64,000 nt of DNA, taken from contig JBJXHC010000075.1 of the NCBI GenBank assembly GCA_046160825.1, positions 991 to 64,990 of the forward strand, written 5' to 3'. Below are positions 35,679 to 47,387 of the stretch, in pieces (the first letter of the stretch is position 1; each line of letters starts with the position of its first letter). The notes beneath the pieces were generated by a model. That model was not told the DNA's origin. It saw only the letters and a list, made by a program, of their open reading frames with translations, and did no database searches. The translations under genes and the position numbers were made by a program. This DNA comes from Bacteroidota bacterium. GTDB taxonomy: Bacteria > Bacteroidota > Ignavibacteria > UBA10030 > UBA6906.

Positions 35679-38522
35679 ATGTCAGGCAAAAGCACACGAA
35701 CAATAATACAACAACCGGCCCCGGTTGCCCACGATAAGATCGTAATTCGGGGGGCACGCGTCCATAACCTCAAAAACATCAACCTTGAACTTCCGCGAAA
35801 TTCACTGGTCGTCATTACGGGCGTAAGCGGGTCCGGCAAGTCAAGTCTCGCATTCGATACACTGTATGCGGAAGGACAACGTCGGTACGTGGAGAGTCTA
35901 TCGTCGTATGCGCGGCAGTTCCTCGAGCGAATGGACAAACCGGATGTCGATCTTATTCAGGGTATCAGCCCTGCTCTTGCGATCGAACAGAAGACGTTTA
36001 CACGTAATCCTCGCTCCACTGTTGGGACCACGACCGAGGTCTATGACTATCTCCGCCTGTTGTATGCACGGGCCGGGCGGACGTATTGTTACAATTGCGG
36101 GAAGCAGGTAACCAGGGATTCAGTGCAAACTGTTCTTGCGGCTTTGAATGTCCGGCTGGCGGAAAGTAACAGTGCGGATGCGCTGAAGGCTTTGATTACT
36201 TTTCCTCTTCCCATGCATGAGGGGGAAAGTATCACCGAGGCCTTTGCAAACCTGAAGAAGGAAGGGTTCTTCCGCGTCCTTGTTGGTGAACAGACCATTG
36301 ATCTGAATGCTGATAAAGTCCCGGCGAAGATTTCGCTTGCAGCGGTTCACGTGCTCGTGGACCGGGTGGTATTCCGTGCGGGTGATGAAAACACACGACT
36401 TGCCGATTCCATTGAAACAGCGTTTGCATCTGGGAATGGCAACGCTGCTGTTGTCTTACCGGAAACAGGGGAGCGATTGCAGTTCAATCAGAATTTCATT
36501 TGTGCCACATGTGGCATTGGATATGAAGAACCGGATCCACAATTATTTTCCTTCAATAGCCCGTTTGGTGCCTGTACTGAGTGCCAGGGCTTCGGCCGTG
36601 CAGTAGGAATTGATATGAACCTCGTGATACCGGATCCGGCAAAGAGTTTGAGCGAAGGTGCGATTGCTCCGTGGTCGACGCCGAAGTTCAGACCTTTTCT
36701 CGAGAAACTGATTCAATTGGCGCCCGGGTTGAAAATTCGGACGGACATTTCGTTCAAAGAACTGGATGAAGAGGAACGGAAAAAGATCATCGATGGTTTC
36801 GGAAAGTACGACGGCATCAAGGGTTTCTTCAAGATGGTCGAGAAGAAATCCTATAAGATTTACTATCGGGTCCTCCTCAGCCGGTATCGCGGTTACACGA
36901 CATGCCCGGCTTGCAATGGGGCGCGTTTGCGGCGTGAAGCGTTGAGTGTCAAGGTTGGCGGCAGGACCATCGCTGACGTTGTTGGTTTGACCATTGCTCA
37001 GGCCGCAGAGTTCATAACATCATTGGAACTCACGCCGTATGAGCAGGAAATTGCCAAACGTATTCTCTCCGAATTGAAAAAGCGTCTCACGTACCTGAAC
37101 GAGGTGGGCATTGGGTACCTGACACTCGACCGGTTATCAAATACGCTTTCCGGAGGTGAGTCGCAACGCATAAACCTTGCGACCTCTCTTGGTTCCTCGC
37201 TTGTCGGTGCCCTCTACGTTCTTGATGAACCAAGCATTGGGTTGCATCCTCGCGACAATGAAAGGCTCATCAAACTCCTGAAAGCATTGCGTGACGCCGG
37301 CAACTCTGTCATCGTCGTTGAACATGACGCGGATATGATGAAGGCAAGTGATATCATCGTTGACATGGGTCCGCGTGCAGGCGAACACGGTGGTGAGATC
37401 GTCTACGCAGGCCCTGCATCAAACATTCAGAACGCACAGAACTCCCTGACCGCCCAATACTTGAATGGAACACTCGCCATACCGATACCGGTGCAGAGGA
37501 GAACAGGAGAGAGGTCATTCATAAAAATTGATGGAGCGTCGGCAAACAACCTCAAGGATGTTTCGGTTCGATTTCCGCTGAACAAGCTCGTGTGTGTCAC
37601 GGGTGTGAGTGGAAGCGGGAAGAGCTCCCTTGTCCATGATATTCTTTACGCGGGAGTGAAAAGGGCAAAGGGGGAACCTGTTGAATCGGTGGGTGCATTC
37701 AGGAGTATTTCGGGCTACGAACAGATCAGCGTTGTGGAGCTTGTCGATCAATCGCCGATAGGCCGCAGCCCCCGTTCGAATCCGATCACATACATACAAG
37801 TGTTCGACCAGATTCGCAATCTGTTCGCGGGTGTTCAGGCATCAAGGATCCACGGCTTCAAGCCGGGCCATTTTTCATTTAACGTTCCGGGGGGACGCTG
37901 CGAGTCCTGTGAAGGTGATGGCGTAGTGAAAGTGGAAATGCAATTCCTTGCAGACCTCTACCTCCTCTGCGATGCATGCAAAGGGACGCGCTATCGTCCG
38001 GAAATACTGCAGGTGATGTATCGCGGCAAGAATATTGACGACGTGCTTCGTATGACGGTTTCAGAATCGATTCAATTTTTCGGGGCCGATGCATCGGGCC
38101 GGAAGATTGCTCAAAAAATGAAAGTACTGAATGACGTGGGACTCGGCTACATACGTTTGGGACAATCAGCGACCACACTCTCGGGTGGGGAAGCCCAACG
38201 TGTCAAGTTGGCGGCACATCTGAACGCATCTGATGACGGGCGGCACACTCTTTTCATTCTTGATGAACCGACCACCGGTTTGCATTTTGACGATATCGCA
38301 AGGTTACTCGGATGTTTCAACGCACTTATCGAAGCGGGAAATTCCGTGGTCCTCATAGAGCACAACCTCGATGTTATCAAATGCGCCGATTACGTCATCG
38401 ATCTGGGGCCTGAGGCTGGTGATGAGGGCGGGAGGATAGTGGCGGAAGGAACGCCTGAGGAGGTCTCCCGGGTTGTTTCTTCACATACCGGAAAAGTTTT
38501 GAAGAGTTATCTTGCGAAATAA
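35679..38522 (+). CDS. uvrA: Excinuclease ABC subunit A
   Basis: GARVHNLK, two GVSGSGKSS Walker A motifs, [12 protein letters not shown], Zn fingers, LSGGESQR and LSGGEAQR. Confidence 0.97.
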   Translation: MSGKSTRTIIQQPAPVAHDKIVIRGARVHNLKNINLELPRNSLVVITGVSGSGKSSLAFDTLYAEGQRRYVESLSSYARQFLERMDKPDVDLIQGISPALAIEQKTFTRNPRSTVGTTTEVYDYLRLLYARAGRTYCYNCGKQVTRDSVQTVLAALNVRLAESNSADALKALITFPLPMHEGESITEAFANLKKEGFFRVLVGEQTIDLNADKVPAKISLAAVHVLVDRVVFRAGDENTRLADSIETAFASGNGNAAVVLPETGERLQFNQNFICATCGIGYEEPDPQLFSFNSPFGACTECQGFGRAVGIDMNLVIPDPAKSLSEGAIAPWSTPKFRPFLEKLIQLAPGLKIRTDISFKELDEEERKKIIDGFGKYDGIKGFFKMVEKKSYKIYYRVLLSRYRGYTTCPACNGARLRREALSVKVGGRTIADVVGLTIAQAAEFITSLELTPYEQEIAKRILSELKKRLTYLNEVGIGYLTLDRLSNTLSGGESQRINLATSLGSSLVGALYVLDEPSIGLHPRDNERLIKLLKALRDAGNSVIVVEHDADMMKASDIIVDMGPRAGEHGGEIVYAGPASNIQNAQNSLTAQYLNGTLAIPIPVQRRTGERSFIKIDGASANNLKDVSVRFPLNKLVCVTGVSGSGKSSLVHDILYAGVKRAKGEPVESVGAFRSISGYEQISVVELVDQSPIGRSPRSNPITYIQVFDQIRNLFAGVQASRIHGFKPGHFSFNVPGGRCESCEGDGVVKVEMQFLADLYLLCDACKGTRYRPEILQVMYRGKNIDDVLRMTVSESIQFFGADASGRKIAQKMKVLNDVGLGYIRLGQSATTLSGGEAQRVKLAAHLNASDDGRHTLFILDEPTTGLHFDDIARLLGCFNALIEAGNSVVLIEHNLDVIKCADYVIDLGPEAGDEGGRIVAEGTPEEVSRVVSSHTGKVLKSYLAK

Positions 38523-38675
38523 CAATTGGTGCGACATGTTCGTGCTGCCGGTGACTCTCATCACTATGTCGGGACGAGATTTGTATTAGATTGGTTGTGC
38601 AGTAACAAATGAAAGGCACTGGATTCACAATGGATTTAGGGGAGGTCCTGCGTGAGGTTCCAGTGCCTTTCGCAA

Positions 38676-39431
38676 TTAGTAGGAGAGGCCGACGTTCAAC
38701 GTAATGAAGAACCCGCCGAAATCTTTTTTTGTCCCCGCCACTTCACCACTCCGTTCGTTGTAAAGAGACGGCAATCCATCGGAGAAGAGATAAGTAAAGT
38801 AATAGCGGAAGTTCACACCGAAGAGATTGTTCTTGTCCGACCCGAAGTTCGCACCCGCTCCGATAAAGGCCGAGGCTGTGTAATGTGCTTGTCCTTTGCC
38901 GAGGCTCTTAAAGAACTCCACCTGCTTTGTTTGAAATCCTGTCGTTGTTTGTGTGATCTCCGTGAATGGTGCTGCAAAGATGAGCGTAGGTCCGGCACCC
39001 GCATTGATGTACGGACGGAAGGTATCCATAATATCTTCCCGAAAGAGTCGTTGCTGAAGCCCAAACAACAATGGCATGACGAGAAAGCGATTCAGTTTAC
39101 CGGGAACAAATGGAACCTGTGTATACGGATCATAACGTTCGACCTCGCGTCCATCCTTCGACTCCGAAATGGAAAAGTTCACGAACCCGAACAGGTCAGG
39201 CGTAAATTCCCTTCTATAAAATGTCCCCAGCCCGAAACCATCGTTTGATATCAGGATATCCATGCCCCATGCGTTAAGACGCGGCTGATCTGCAGCCGGA
39301 GTGTTCAGCGCGGAGTCAGCGACCGGAGATGCGAACTGCATTCCGGACGATTCCTGTGCAGAGCCGTTTGAAAATGCATAGATGACCAGTCCGACAACAA
39401 GCCAGAACTGTTGCTTCATTCCCTTCACCAT
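38676..39431 (-). CDS. Outer-membrane beta-barrel protein (small, OmpA/W-like), function unknown
   Basis: Signal peptide, RPYINAGAG strand pattern, C-terminal LNVGLSY; GGAGG RBS before 39431. Confidence 0.65.
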   Translation of the reverse strand: MVKGMKQQFWLVVGLVIYAFSNGSAQESSGMQFASPVADSALNTPAADQPRLNAWGMDILISNDGFGLGTFYRREFTPDLFGFVNFSISESKDGREVERYDPYTQVPFVPGKLNRFLVMPLLFGLQQRLFREDIMDTFRPYINAGAGPTLIFAAPFTEITQTTTGFQTKQVEFFKSLGKGQAHYTASAFIGAGANFGSDKNNLFGVNFRYYFTYLFSDGLPSLYNERSGEVAGTKKDFGGFFITLNVGLSY

Positions 39432-39504
39432 ATCAACCTCCACCAACCTTATTCTTAATATTATTTGCACACTTCAAGGTAGTTTCTTTTAGCGCGAAAT
39501 GCAA

Positions 39505-40689
39505 TCAGATGGCCCGGAGGATGGCAAACTTCAGATAGTGTGTCTCGGGCACACGCGGGAGTATGGGATGATCGGGGGCTGCGCCTCGCCAATCAAGCAC
39601 TTGGATATGTCGGTCAACACGCTGAGCGGATTCTGCAAGGATGTCGAGAAAAACCCCGGGTTCAATATGATGAGAACACGAAGCGGTAATCAGAATGCCA
39701 CCCGGTCGGGTAACGCACAGTGCTTTCATATGAAGTTCCCGGTACCCTTTTCTTGCTGCTTGAACATTCTTCCTGTTCTTGGTAAATGATGGGGGATCAA
39801 GAACGACGACGTCAAACGTCGCGCCGTGATTCTGCAATTCTTCAAGCTTTTGGAATACATCCGCTTGCTCAAATCGGATGGTTCGCAATTCGTTCAAGGA
39901 GGCGTTGTGGGATGCCTTCTGTATCGCCTCTTCTGAAATGTCTATTCCCACCACTTCTGTTGCACCCGCCGCCGCGGCATTTAATCCGAAGCCTCCGTAG
40001 TTACAGAAGCAGTCGAGCACTCTCGCTCCCTTGCTGAACCGCCGTATGGCAAACCTGTTCTCCCGCTGGTCCAGAAAGAAACCGGTCTTCTGCCCTTTCA
40101 GCACGTCCACCGTGTACCGGAGACCATGCTCAACGATTTCTGTTGTGTAAACCTCTCCGCGCAGTATGCGATTTTGCAGCGGCAGGGTTTCAAGGGTTCG
40201 CAGTGGAGACTCACCTCGTTCAATAATAGCTATTGGATGAAACAGTGCTTCCAATACGTCACACACAATCGGCAAGCGGGAGTCCATTCCGTATGAAAGA
40301 GCCTGTACGGCGAAAATGTCATTGAACCGGTCAATCACCAATCCGGGAAGGAAGTCACTCTCTCCGTGGACGAGCCTGTATGCCGTGCTGTCAGGATAGA
40401 GTGTCTGGCGTAACCGGAGCGCGTCGGTGATACGCTGTGTAAAAAATACATCGTCCACCGTTACAACGTTTGAGGACAGCATCCGTACGGCGATGAGAGA
40501 GTGCGGGTTGTACAAGCCGGTACCGAGTGATTCTCTCCGAGATGAAAGTACCTCCACGACATCACCAATGACTGGTGTACCACGTGTTTCGACGATTTCA
40601 TTGCTGAACACCCACGGATGTCCCTCCGTGATGCGATGCTCTTCATTTCTTCTGAGTACGATGTGTTTGTCAAGTGAAGGTGTTTTCAT
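39505..40689 (-). CDS. rlmI: RlmI-like 23S rRNA m5C methyltransferase (PUA + SAM domains)
   Basis: GHPWVFSNEI, GESDFLPGL, GQKTGFFLDQRENR, FDVVVLDPPSF, APDHP..ETHYLK. Confidence 0.88.
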   Translation of the reverse strand: MKTPSLDKHIVLRRNEEHRITEGHPWVFSNEIVETRGTPVIGDVVEVLSSRRESLGTGLYNPHSLIAVRMLSSNVVTVDDVFFTQRITDALRLRQTLYPDSTAYRLVHGESDFLPGLVIDRFNDIFAVQALSYGMDSRLPIVCDVLEALFHPIAIIERGESPLRTLETLPLQNRILRGEVYTTEIVEHGLRYTVDVLKGQKTGFFLDQRENRFAIRRFSKGARVLDCFCNYGGFGLNAAAAGATEVVGIDISEEAIQKASHNASLNELRTIRFEQADVFQKLEELQNHGATFDVVVLDPPSFTKNRKNVQAARKGYRELHMKALCVTRPGGILITASCSHHIEPGVFLDILAESAQRVDRHIQVLDWRGAAPDHPILPRVPETHYLKFAILRAI

Positions 40690-40828
40690 GGCGGCATCAA
40701 GGTATCAAGTTCAAGTCCGAATTGCAAGGTGAGCGTTCGTTGATATTCGCGACGATATTGGTTATATTTTTCATCATCTTCATGCGAAAGAACCCAATCA
40801 CACCTTCACTGATCTTTCCGGGTCGCCT

Positions 40829-42136
40829 GTGAACGACGAGCACGATGACCTCTTCCGGAAGATTACGAGGTTTGCCCTGCCGGCGATTATCCTTGTCTTC
40901 TATTTGACAGCGACGTTGCATTTCGGAAACACACCCGACTCTACGTATACTGAAATCCTGCGTATTGAGCATCGCGTGATGCACAGCGATGGCACCACAC
41001 CTGGTGTCCCGTGGACATTACTGATCGGCCTGGGTGAACGGCTCCATCTCGATCCCCTTCTGGTCGCCAAGGTCTTGAGCTTGTTTTTCTCCTGCGTCGT
41101 TATCATGTTTGGGTTTCTTGTTGCGCAACAGATTCTTATGGATCGTTTGCTGGGATTCTCCGCGGCTCTGTTGGTTGCTGTACAACCCTGGTTGTTGCAG
41201 CTTGCCGGCTCAGGAAGCTCCATGCCGCTGGCGGCAGCACTCACACTTGCGACGCTGTTCTTCATGCTTCGTAACGAGTATCTCCTTGCAGCGGTTTTTG
41301 CCGGGGTCTGCGGACTGTCTCACTGGCAGGGAGCCGTTCTTCTTTTGTTTGTTGCTGCTGATGCGCTTGTCAATTCTCTTTCTGTCCGCAGAGGAATCAA
41401 AGTCGCGGCGAGTGTGTTGATGATTGGCGTGGCCACATGGCTCCCCTGGATTTTGTACGCATCGACGATGGGTGACGGAGGACTCGTCCCGATTGTCATT
41501 CCAGTGGAGCAACTGCAACCACCTTCGCTTCCGGTTGCGATAGTGCTGGCTTTGGCGTGTCTCCTAATTCTCGTGGCATCAATTCTTGGATTGCGCGCGG
41601 GGAGTGAACTCCGACCGCTGTTTCGTATGCATGCCGTGCCGTTCGCATTGCTTGTGTGGCTGGCAGTGGCCGGTTTCCAGGACTGGACCTTCGCGATAGC
41701 TGGCCTGCTGATGTTGTTTGCGTATGCGATGCTTGCCGTAAGGGTGCTGTTGATGATAACAAATAGAGAACGAACTCTCTATGCAACAAGCTTTGTTCTT
41801 GTCGGGTTGATACTCGCGACGAGCCAATGGGATTTCCATTCAAGAATTGTCCCTTCAATGCATGCAGAGACCATCCAAGCGCAAGAGTTGGTTGCAATAG
41901 CATATTGGATCCGTTCGCATGCCAGCGATTCGACTGTGGTCGCTTCGGAGCGTGCTCCAATTCTTGCTTACTATTCAGGTAAAGATATTCTCTTGGAGAA
42001 TAATGGCGTCGCGGAGCTGATTGTCGCATCCTCAGCACCAAGCACTGAATACAGAATGATATTTGATCCGGGGGCAGAACACCCCGGACAGTTCATCGGT
42101 GCAACGACTCACTGGAAGATGTGGAGGAAAATATGA
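40829..42136 (+). CDS. Multi-pass membrane protein, possible GT-C (ArnT/PMT-like) glycosyltransferase
   Basis: About 11 TM helices, early periplasmic PDSTY loop, C-terminal 'AYWIRSH..VVAS..ILAYYS' domain; function is inference. Confidence 0.5.
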   Translation: MNDEHDDLFRKITRFALPAIILVFYLTATLHFGNTPDSTYTEILRIEHRVMHSDGTTPGVPWTLLIGLGERLHLDPLLVAKVLSLFFSCVVIMFGFLVAQQILMDRLLGFSAALLVAVQPWLLQLAGSGSSMPLAAALTLATLFFMLRNEYLLAAVFAGVCGLSHWQGAVLLLFVAADALVNSLSVRRGIKVAASVLMIGVATWLPWILYASTMGDGGLVPIVIPVEQLQPPSLPVAIVLALACLLILVASILGLRAGSELRPLFRMHAVPFALLVWLAVAGFQDWTFAIAGLLMLFAYAMLAVRVLLMITNRERTLYATSFVLVGLILATSQWDFHSRIVPSMHAETIQAQELVAIAYWIRSHASDSTVVASERAPILAYYSGKDILLENNGVAELIVASSAPSTEYRMIFDPGAEHPGQFIGATTHWKMWRKI

Positions 42137-43458
42137 AGAGCAGGGTGGCTTCCATAGCCGGAGTGTTTGTGATCGCGGTGTGCATGCAGACCTCTTTGGG
42201 AGGAAGTCCCGGTAGTGGCAAAGATATTGTCCTCCGGGGTGTGAGTGTGTACGGATTGAACAGTGAGGATGTTTTTCCCGTCGTCGTACGCGATACTTTG
42301 TACACGAAGGGAAAGCCGCGTTTTACATCGGGATACATCACCATTCAATTCGATGTCCTCGCGGCTGATCCGCCACCGCTCAAGATCCGGTTCCTCCACT
42401 GCACGCGCGATTGGCTTCCGGAAGACAATCTTCTCATTCAGGACGATATGTATAACACATCGTTCTATCTTGAATACAAGCCGGCATCTAACGGTGTACA
42501 GCACTACGCATATCGTTACACGAACCGTTTCCCTGACGAAAAGGGTGTGGTCAAGTTCAATTATTCCGGGAATTGGATTTTCCGCATCATGGATAAGGAT
42601 GAGGCCACGGTGTATGCCGAGGGAAGGTTCGTCGTTGTGGATAACATTTCGCCTACACTCGTCACGGTAACGAACGATTTCATGACGGACAGGTCTTCCC
42701 CCTTTAATCAAATTCAGAAGGTTACGGTTGGAATAAAACTGCCGGACGAGATTGATGGATACAACTACACCATGGTCGATATATATCAAAACCGTCGTCT
42801 CTTCAATCCATACCGGATTGATGCGCAGGACAGGGATCCATATACTGTTGTCGAAGGATACAACTCCGGCACACGGAGGTTCTCCATTTCCAGCATTCAT
42901 CCGGGAAATGAGTACCGTGTTCTCAATGTGAGCAATGCAAACCGGTTTCCCAACAAGGCGGTTGTTCGTTCACTGGAGGGAGTGGACTTGCCGCGCCTGT
43001 ACTGGCAGGGGGAACCGGATAACAATGGGGGAGCGCACCTCAACAAGTTCACCGGTATAAACTCCGACTACCTTGACGTTCTGTTTCGCCTGGATCCGGC
43101 AGGCCAACGGGAGAAGTTGACAAGGGGCGAGCGAAGAGTGTATCTCGTCGCGTCATTCAATGAGTGGTGGCCCTTGCAAGAAGATACATTGATGTATGAT
43201 CCCACGGAGCGGATCTACACCGCGCGCCGATTGCTGCGACGTGGTGTGTACGACTATCAATATGTTACAGGAAGTTGGGATGAGCGGCAATGGAGTGTTG
43301 TTGAACAGGATTGGCTGGAACTGGAGGGGAATGATTGGAGAACGACAAATACGTACACGGCGTTTGTTTATTACAACGACGTGCGGTTTGGCGGAATCGA
43401 TCGTATTGTAGGCTTTGGTGTCGGGCAGAGTGATAGCGCGGTTCCTGGATCGAGATAA
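42133..43458 (+). CDS. DUF5103 / type IX secretion plug-like periplasmic protein
   Basis: Signal peptide; IQFD, HCTRDW, YSGNW, GNEYR, DNNG, LRRGVYDYQY, EGNDWRTTNTY..VYY..DRIVG pattern. Confidence 0.7.
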   Translation: MKSRVASIAGVFVIAVCMQTSLGGSPGSGKDIVLRGVSVYGLNSEDVFPVVVRDTLYTKGKPRFTSGYITIQFDVLAADPPPLKIRFLHCTRDWLPEDNLLIQDDMYNTSFYLEYKPASNGVQHYAYRYTNRFPDEKGVVKFNYSGNWIFRIMDKDEATVYAEGRFVVVDNISPTLVTVTNDFMTDRSSPFNQIQKVTVGIKLPDEIDGYNYTMVDIYQNRRLFNPYRIDAQDRDPYTVVEGYNSGTRRFSISSIHPGNEYRVLNVSNANRFPNKAVVRSLEGVDLPRLYWQGEPDNNGGAHLNKFTGINSDYLDVLFRLDPAGQREKLTRGERRVYLVASFNEWWPLQEDTLMYDPTERIYTARRLLRRGVYDYQYVTGSWDERQWSVVEQDWLELEGNDWRTTNTYTAFVYYNDVRFGGIDRIVGFGVGQSDSAVPGSR

Positions 43459-43472
43459 TATTGGAGTGCAGT

Positions 43473-44468
43473 ATGGATCGTACAGTCGTCGGTGTGCTTG
43501 GTGTGGGGCATCTTGGATCGTTGCATGTGAAAATGCTTGCACAGATTCCGGAGGCGCAATTTGTCGGGGTGTTTGATGTGGATCAGGAGAAGGCGGGACG
43601 CGTTGCGGCAGAATACGGAACAAAGCTCTATCCCAGTGCAGAGACTTTGTTTCAGGACGTACAGGCGGTAACGGTTGCTACAACCACGACGACACATTTT
43701 GAGACGGTCCGGACGGCACTGGAACGTGGCAAGCACGTCTTTGTGGAAAAACCGATTACTGATACCGTGAATCAGGCAGAGCAACTGTGTACGCTCGCCC
43801 GTCAAAAGAAGCTGACGTTGCAAGTGGGGCACATCGAACGGTTCAATGCTGCGATTCTTGCCCTGGAAAAATATGATATCAATCCGATGTTCGTCGAGTC
43901 GCACAGGTTGGCGCAGTTCAACCCGCGCGGTACCGATGTGGCGGTTGTGCTGGACCTGATGATACACGATATTGACATTATCCTCAGTTTTGTCCGGTCT
44001 CCTGTCGCGCGCATTGATGCCAATGGCGTGGCCGTGGTATCAGACAGTGTTGACATCGCAAACGCCCGCATTCAGTTCGAGAATGGCTGCGTTGCGAATG
44101 TCACTGCGTCACGCATCTCGCAAAAGAAAATGAGAAAGATGCGTCTCTTCCAAAAAAATGAATACATCTCAATTGATTTTTCTGAAGGACTGGCGGAGGT
44201 GTTTCGTTTGTTGAAGGAAGATGATCCCACCGTGCCGGGAACAATGATGCTTGGCGAACTTGGTTCCGGGAAACACAAACGGAAGATTGTCTATGAGCAG
44301 CCGGAAGTCAAGGAAGTCAACGCATTGAAGCATGAGCTTGAGTTGTTCCTCCAGTGTGTGCGGACGGGAGCCACACCCCTCGTGTCCGGCGAAGATGGCA
44401 AACGTGCCTTGGAAGTGGCCGATAACATCATGAAGAAAATCAGTCAACATATTATGCAGATGTCATGA
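43473..44468 (+). CDS. Gfo/Idh/MocA family oxidoreductase
   Basis: GVGHLG Rossmann motif, HVFVEKP, QVGHIERFN, DVAVVLDLMIHDID, ASRIS. Confidence 0.92.
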   Translation: MDRTVVGVLGVGHLGSLHVKMLAQIPEAQFVGVFDVDQEKAGRVAAEYGTKLYPSAETLFQDVQAVTVATTTTTHFETVRTALERGKHVFVEKPITDTVNQAEQLCTLARQKKLTLQVGHIERFNAAILALEKYDINPMFVESHRLAQFNPRGTDVAVVLDLMIHDIDIILSFVRSPVARIDANGVAVVSDSVDIANARIQFENGCVANVTASRISQKKMRKMRLFQKNEYISIDFSEGLAEVFRLLKEDDPTVPGTMMLGELGSGKHKRKIVYEQPEVKEVNALKHELELFLQCVRTGATPLVSGEDGKRALEVADNIMKKISQHIMQMS

Positions 44469-45883
44469 ACGAGGCGTTCGACCATATTTCTCTGAACAAT
44501 CATCTCCTCGACCGGATTGGTGCGATTGCCGACAAGGAGAATATCCGGATCTTCGTTGTCGGCGGATACGTGCGCGACACGTTACTCGGGTTGGAGGATA
44601 AGGACATTGATATTCTCGTCCTTGGTGACGGGGTGATGTTTGCACGTACAGTTGCGCGTGTTCTTGGTGTGCACACCGTTGTTGTCCATGAAAAATTCGG
44701 GACGGCAATGGTTCCCATAGAAGGAGGGAAGGTGGAGTTTGTCGGTGCGAGAAAGGAGCAGTACGGTCCTGAATCACGCAACCCGCAGGTACAGGTTGGA
44801 ACACTTGAAGAGGACCTCGCACGTCGTGATTTTACCGTGAATGCTCTCGCGGCCTCTTTGAATAAAGACACGTACGGTCGTCTGCACGATCCCTTCAACG
44901 GCCGTCAGGATTTGCGTGATGGCATTCTGCGAACACCGTTGGATCCGGTGACGACATTCGAGGACGACCCGTTGCGTATTATGCGTGCGATACGGTTCGC
45001 GTCACAACTGCAATTCACCATTGAAGGGAGAGCACTCGACGCAATTCATACGATGCGGGAACGGCTCTCCATCATCTCTCAGGAACGCATCTCCGACGAG
45101 TTGATGAAAATCCTCCGTTCCCCGAAGCCTTCCGTTGGTCTTCGACTGATGTTTGACGCTGGCGTGATGCAGATTGTTTTCCCTGAAATTGCACAGATGG
45201 CAGGCGTGGATCAACGGAAGGATCATCATCATAAGGACGTGTTTCTTCATACCTGCATTGTTGTCGACAACATTGCCCAAACTACGGACAATGTTTGGTT
45301 GCGTTTTGTTGCCCTGGTGCATGATATCGCCAAGCCGCGTACCAAAGCATTCAAGGAGGGTATCGGCTGGACGTTTCATGGACATGAGGAACTCGGCGCA
45401 CGAATGATGAAATCCATTTTCCGGAAACTCAAGTTCCCCACGGAACATCTACCCTACGTCGAAAAGCTCGTCCGTCTCCATCTCCGCCCGATGGTGTTGG
45501 TTGATGAAATCGTGACCGACTCTGCCGTGCGCAGACTTGTTTTTGAGACCGGCGATGACATCGATGACCTGATGAAATTGTGCCGGGCAGACATCACCTC
45601 CAAAAACCCACGTCTTGTGGAACGGTATCTCCGCAACTATGACGTAGTAATGCAGAAAATCGTTGAAGTGGAGGAGAAGGATAAACTCCGCAATTGGCAA
45701 CCCCCCGTCAAGGGTGAAGAAATCATGGCTGTGTGTGGACTCGCCCCCGGGAAGATGGTGGGGGTGCTGAAAACGGCTATAGAAGAGGCGGTACTTGAGG
45801 GGAAGATTCCCAATGAGCACGACGCGGCCTTGGAGTATCTATTACAAATAAAGGACGATGTCCTCTCAACATCCACGAAATAG
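44465..45883 (+). CDS. cca: CCA tRNA nucleotidyltransferase with HD domain
   Basis: VGGYVRD..DID, DLARRDFTVNA, EDDPLRIMR, SQERI, HDIAKP. Confidence 0.92.
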   Translation: MNEAFDHISLNNHLLDRIGAIADKENIRIFVVGGYVRDTLLGLEDKDIDILVLGDGVMFARTVARVLGVHTVVVHEKFGTAMVPIEGGKVEFVGARKEQYGPESRNPQVQVGTLEEDLARRDFTVNALAASLNKDTYGRLHDPFNGRQDLRDGILRTPLDPVTTFEDDPLRIMRAIRFASQLQFTIEGRALDAIHTMRERLSIISQERISDELMKILRSPKPSVGLRLMFDAGVMQIVFPEIAQMAGVDQRKDHHHKDVFLHTCIVVDNIAQTTDNVWLRFVALVHDIAKPRTKAFKEGIGWTFHGHEELGARMMKSIFRKLKFPTEHLPYVEKLVRLHLRPMVLVDEIVTDSAVRRLVFETGDDIDDLMKLCRADITSKNPRLVERYLRNYDVVMQKIVEVEEKDKLRNWQPPVKGEEIMAVCGLAPGKMVGVLKTAIEEAVLEGKIPNEHDAALEYLLQIKDDVLSTSTK

Positions 45884-45980
45884 CCGGGTTCAATATTGAA
45901 ACTTTTGCTTCTGTTGTCACGTCTAATCTGTTAATACAACAGTAGGATGACGGTCATTTCCTTCCGAAAACCCCAATAAC

Positions 45981-47354
45981 ATGGAGCCATACATGAGGTC
46001 TTTCACGAAATCAGGCAGTTCTCTTCTTGCGGGACTGCTGATGACTACGACTCTTGCAACTGCCCAGCCCAAAACCCTCACATTGGAGCAAGCGAAGCAG
46101 ACGGCATTGGAACGTAATCTAAACGTTGTTCAGGCACAGAACAGTGTGGAGTCGGCGCAGGCGAGGGCACTTGCAGCCCGCGGCGAGTACCTTCCGTCCG
46201 TGTCTGCATCCGCCAATTGGAACCGATACCAGAACGACAGTCCCGGCGCTTCTTCAATTGTGCTCGACAACGGGCAGATTATTCCGGGGTCATCGGGGTT
46301 CAGTGTGAATAATTCTTTCTCAACGGGTGTCAATCTCAATTACACCATCTTCGATGGTTTTCGTCGTGAGGGTAATGTCGGGGCAGCGACCTCAAGTGCA
46401 GTCGCATCCGAGTACACATCGGCGCGGGCACGGCAGTCAGTAGTATATCAGACTGAATCGGCATACGTCACGGTTCTTCGGAATGAACAGCTCGTCAAAG
46501 TGAGCGAAGAGAATCTCAAACGCGATCGCAGGCAGCTTGAGCGCATTACAGAGGCGAACCGTGTCGGGGCCTTGTCGCTTGCCGATGTCTACCGGCAGCA
46601 ATCGCAGGTGGCGGAGGATGAACTGGATTTGATCCGTACACAGAATGAATACGACAAATCCAAGGCGGACTTTGTCTCGCTCATCGGACTCGATGCGTTT
46701 GAGGAATTCCAGTTCAGCGACCCTGAACTCAATGCCCAGCTCGCTACACTCGAAACTGCAACGCCGGAACAACAGACCGCGGGCTTGAACGAATTGACAC
46801 AGCGGGCTATTGCTGCCCGACCTGACTACTTGAGCGCGCAACAAAACTATGAAGCAACTGAGTCCGGTGTTTCCTCCGCGCGGGCGGGCTATCTGCCGAC
46901 GATCGGGGCTTCTGCGGGATATTCTCTCTCCAACAGAGAGCTGTCAAGAATTTCAGACAATAAGTCGTTGAATTGGGGAATCGGGATACGCTGGACACTC
47001 TTTGATGGATTTGCTACGAACCAGTCTCTGCAGTCTGCCATTGTCGAACGCCGTAACGCAGAGGTCTCAGTGCAGCAAGCCCAGCGTGATATTAATGTCC
47101 AGATAAAGAAAGCGTTGCTTGATCTTGAAGCTGCGCGCAAGGCGGTTGATGTCAGCAAAAAAGGCTTACGTTCGGCTCAGGAAGATCTGAAGATCGCCGA
47201 AGAGCGGTATAATCTCGGAGCCGGCACGTTACTCGATCTCCTGACCGCCAGTGCAGGGTATGTCAGTGCACAGGCAAATAAAGTCAATGCAGCATATGGA
47301 TATATTATCGCTCAGCGGAATCTCGAGTACACAATCGGCGACCGCTCGTACTAG
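45981..47354 (+). CDS. TolC-family outer membrane efflux protein
   Basis: LTLEQA..ALERN, two repeats with YLP.V/I, RYNLGAGTLLDL. Confidence 0.92.
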   Translation: MEPYMRSFTKSGSSLLAGLLMTTTLATAQPKTLTLEQAKQTALERNLNVVQAQNSVESAQARALAARGEYLPSVSASANWNRYQNDSPGASSIVLDNGQIIPGSSGFSVNNSFSTGVNLNYTIFDGFRREGNVGAATSSAVASEYTSARARQSVVYQTESAYVTVLRNEQLVKVSEENLKRDRRQLERITEANRVGALSLADVYRQQSQVAEDELDLIRTQNEYDKSKADFVSLIGLDAFEEFQFSDPELNAQLATLETATPEQQTAGLNELTQRAIAARPDYLSAQQNYEATESGVSSARAGYLPTIGASAGYSLSNRELSRISDNKSLNWGIGIRWTLFDGFATNQSLQSAIVERRNAEVSVQQAQRDINVQIKKALLDLEAARKAVDVSKKGLRSAQEDLKIAEERYNLGAGTLLDLLTASAGYVSAQANKVNAAYGYIIAQRNLEYTIGDRSY

Positions 47355-47387
47355 AACGTATTCACTTCACGAAAGGAGTGCTTGATA

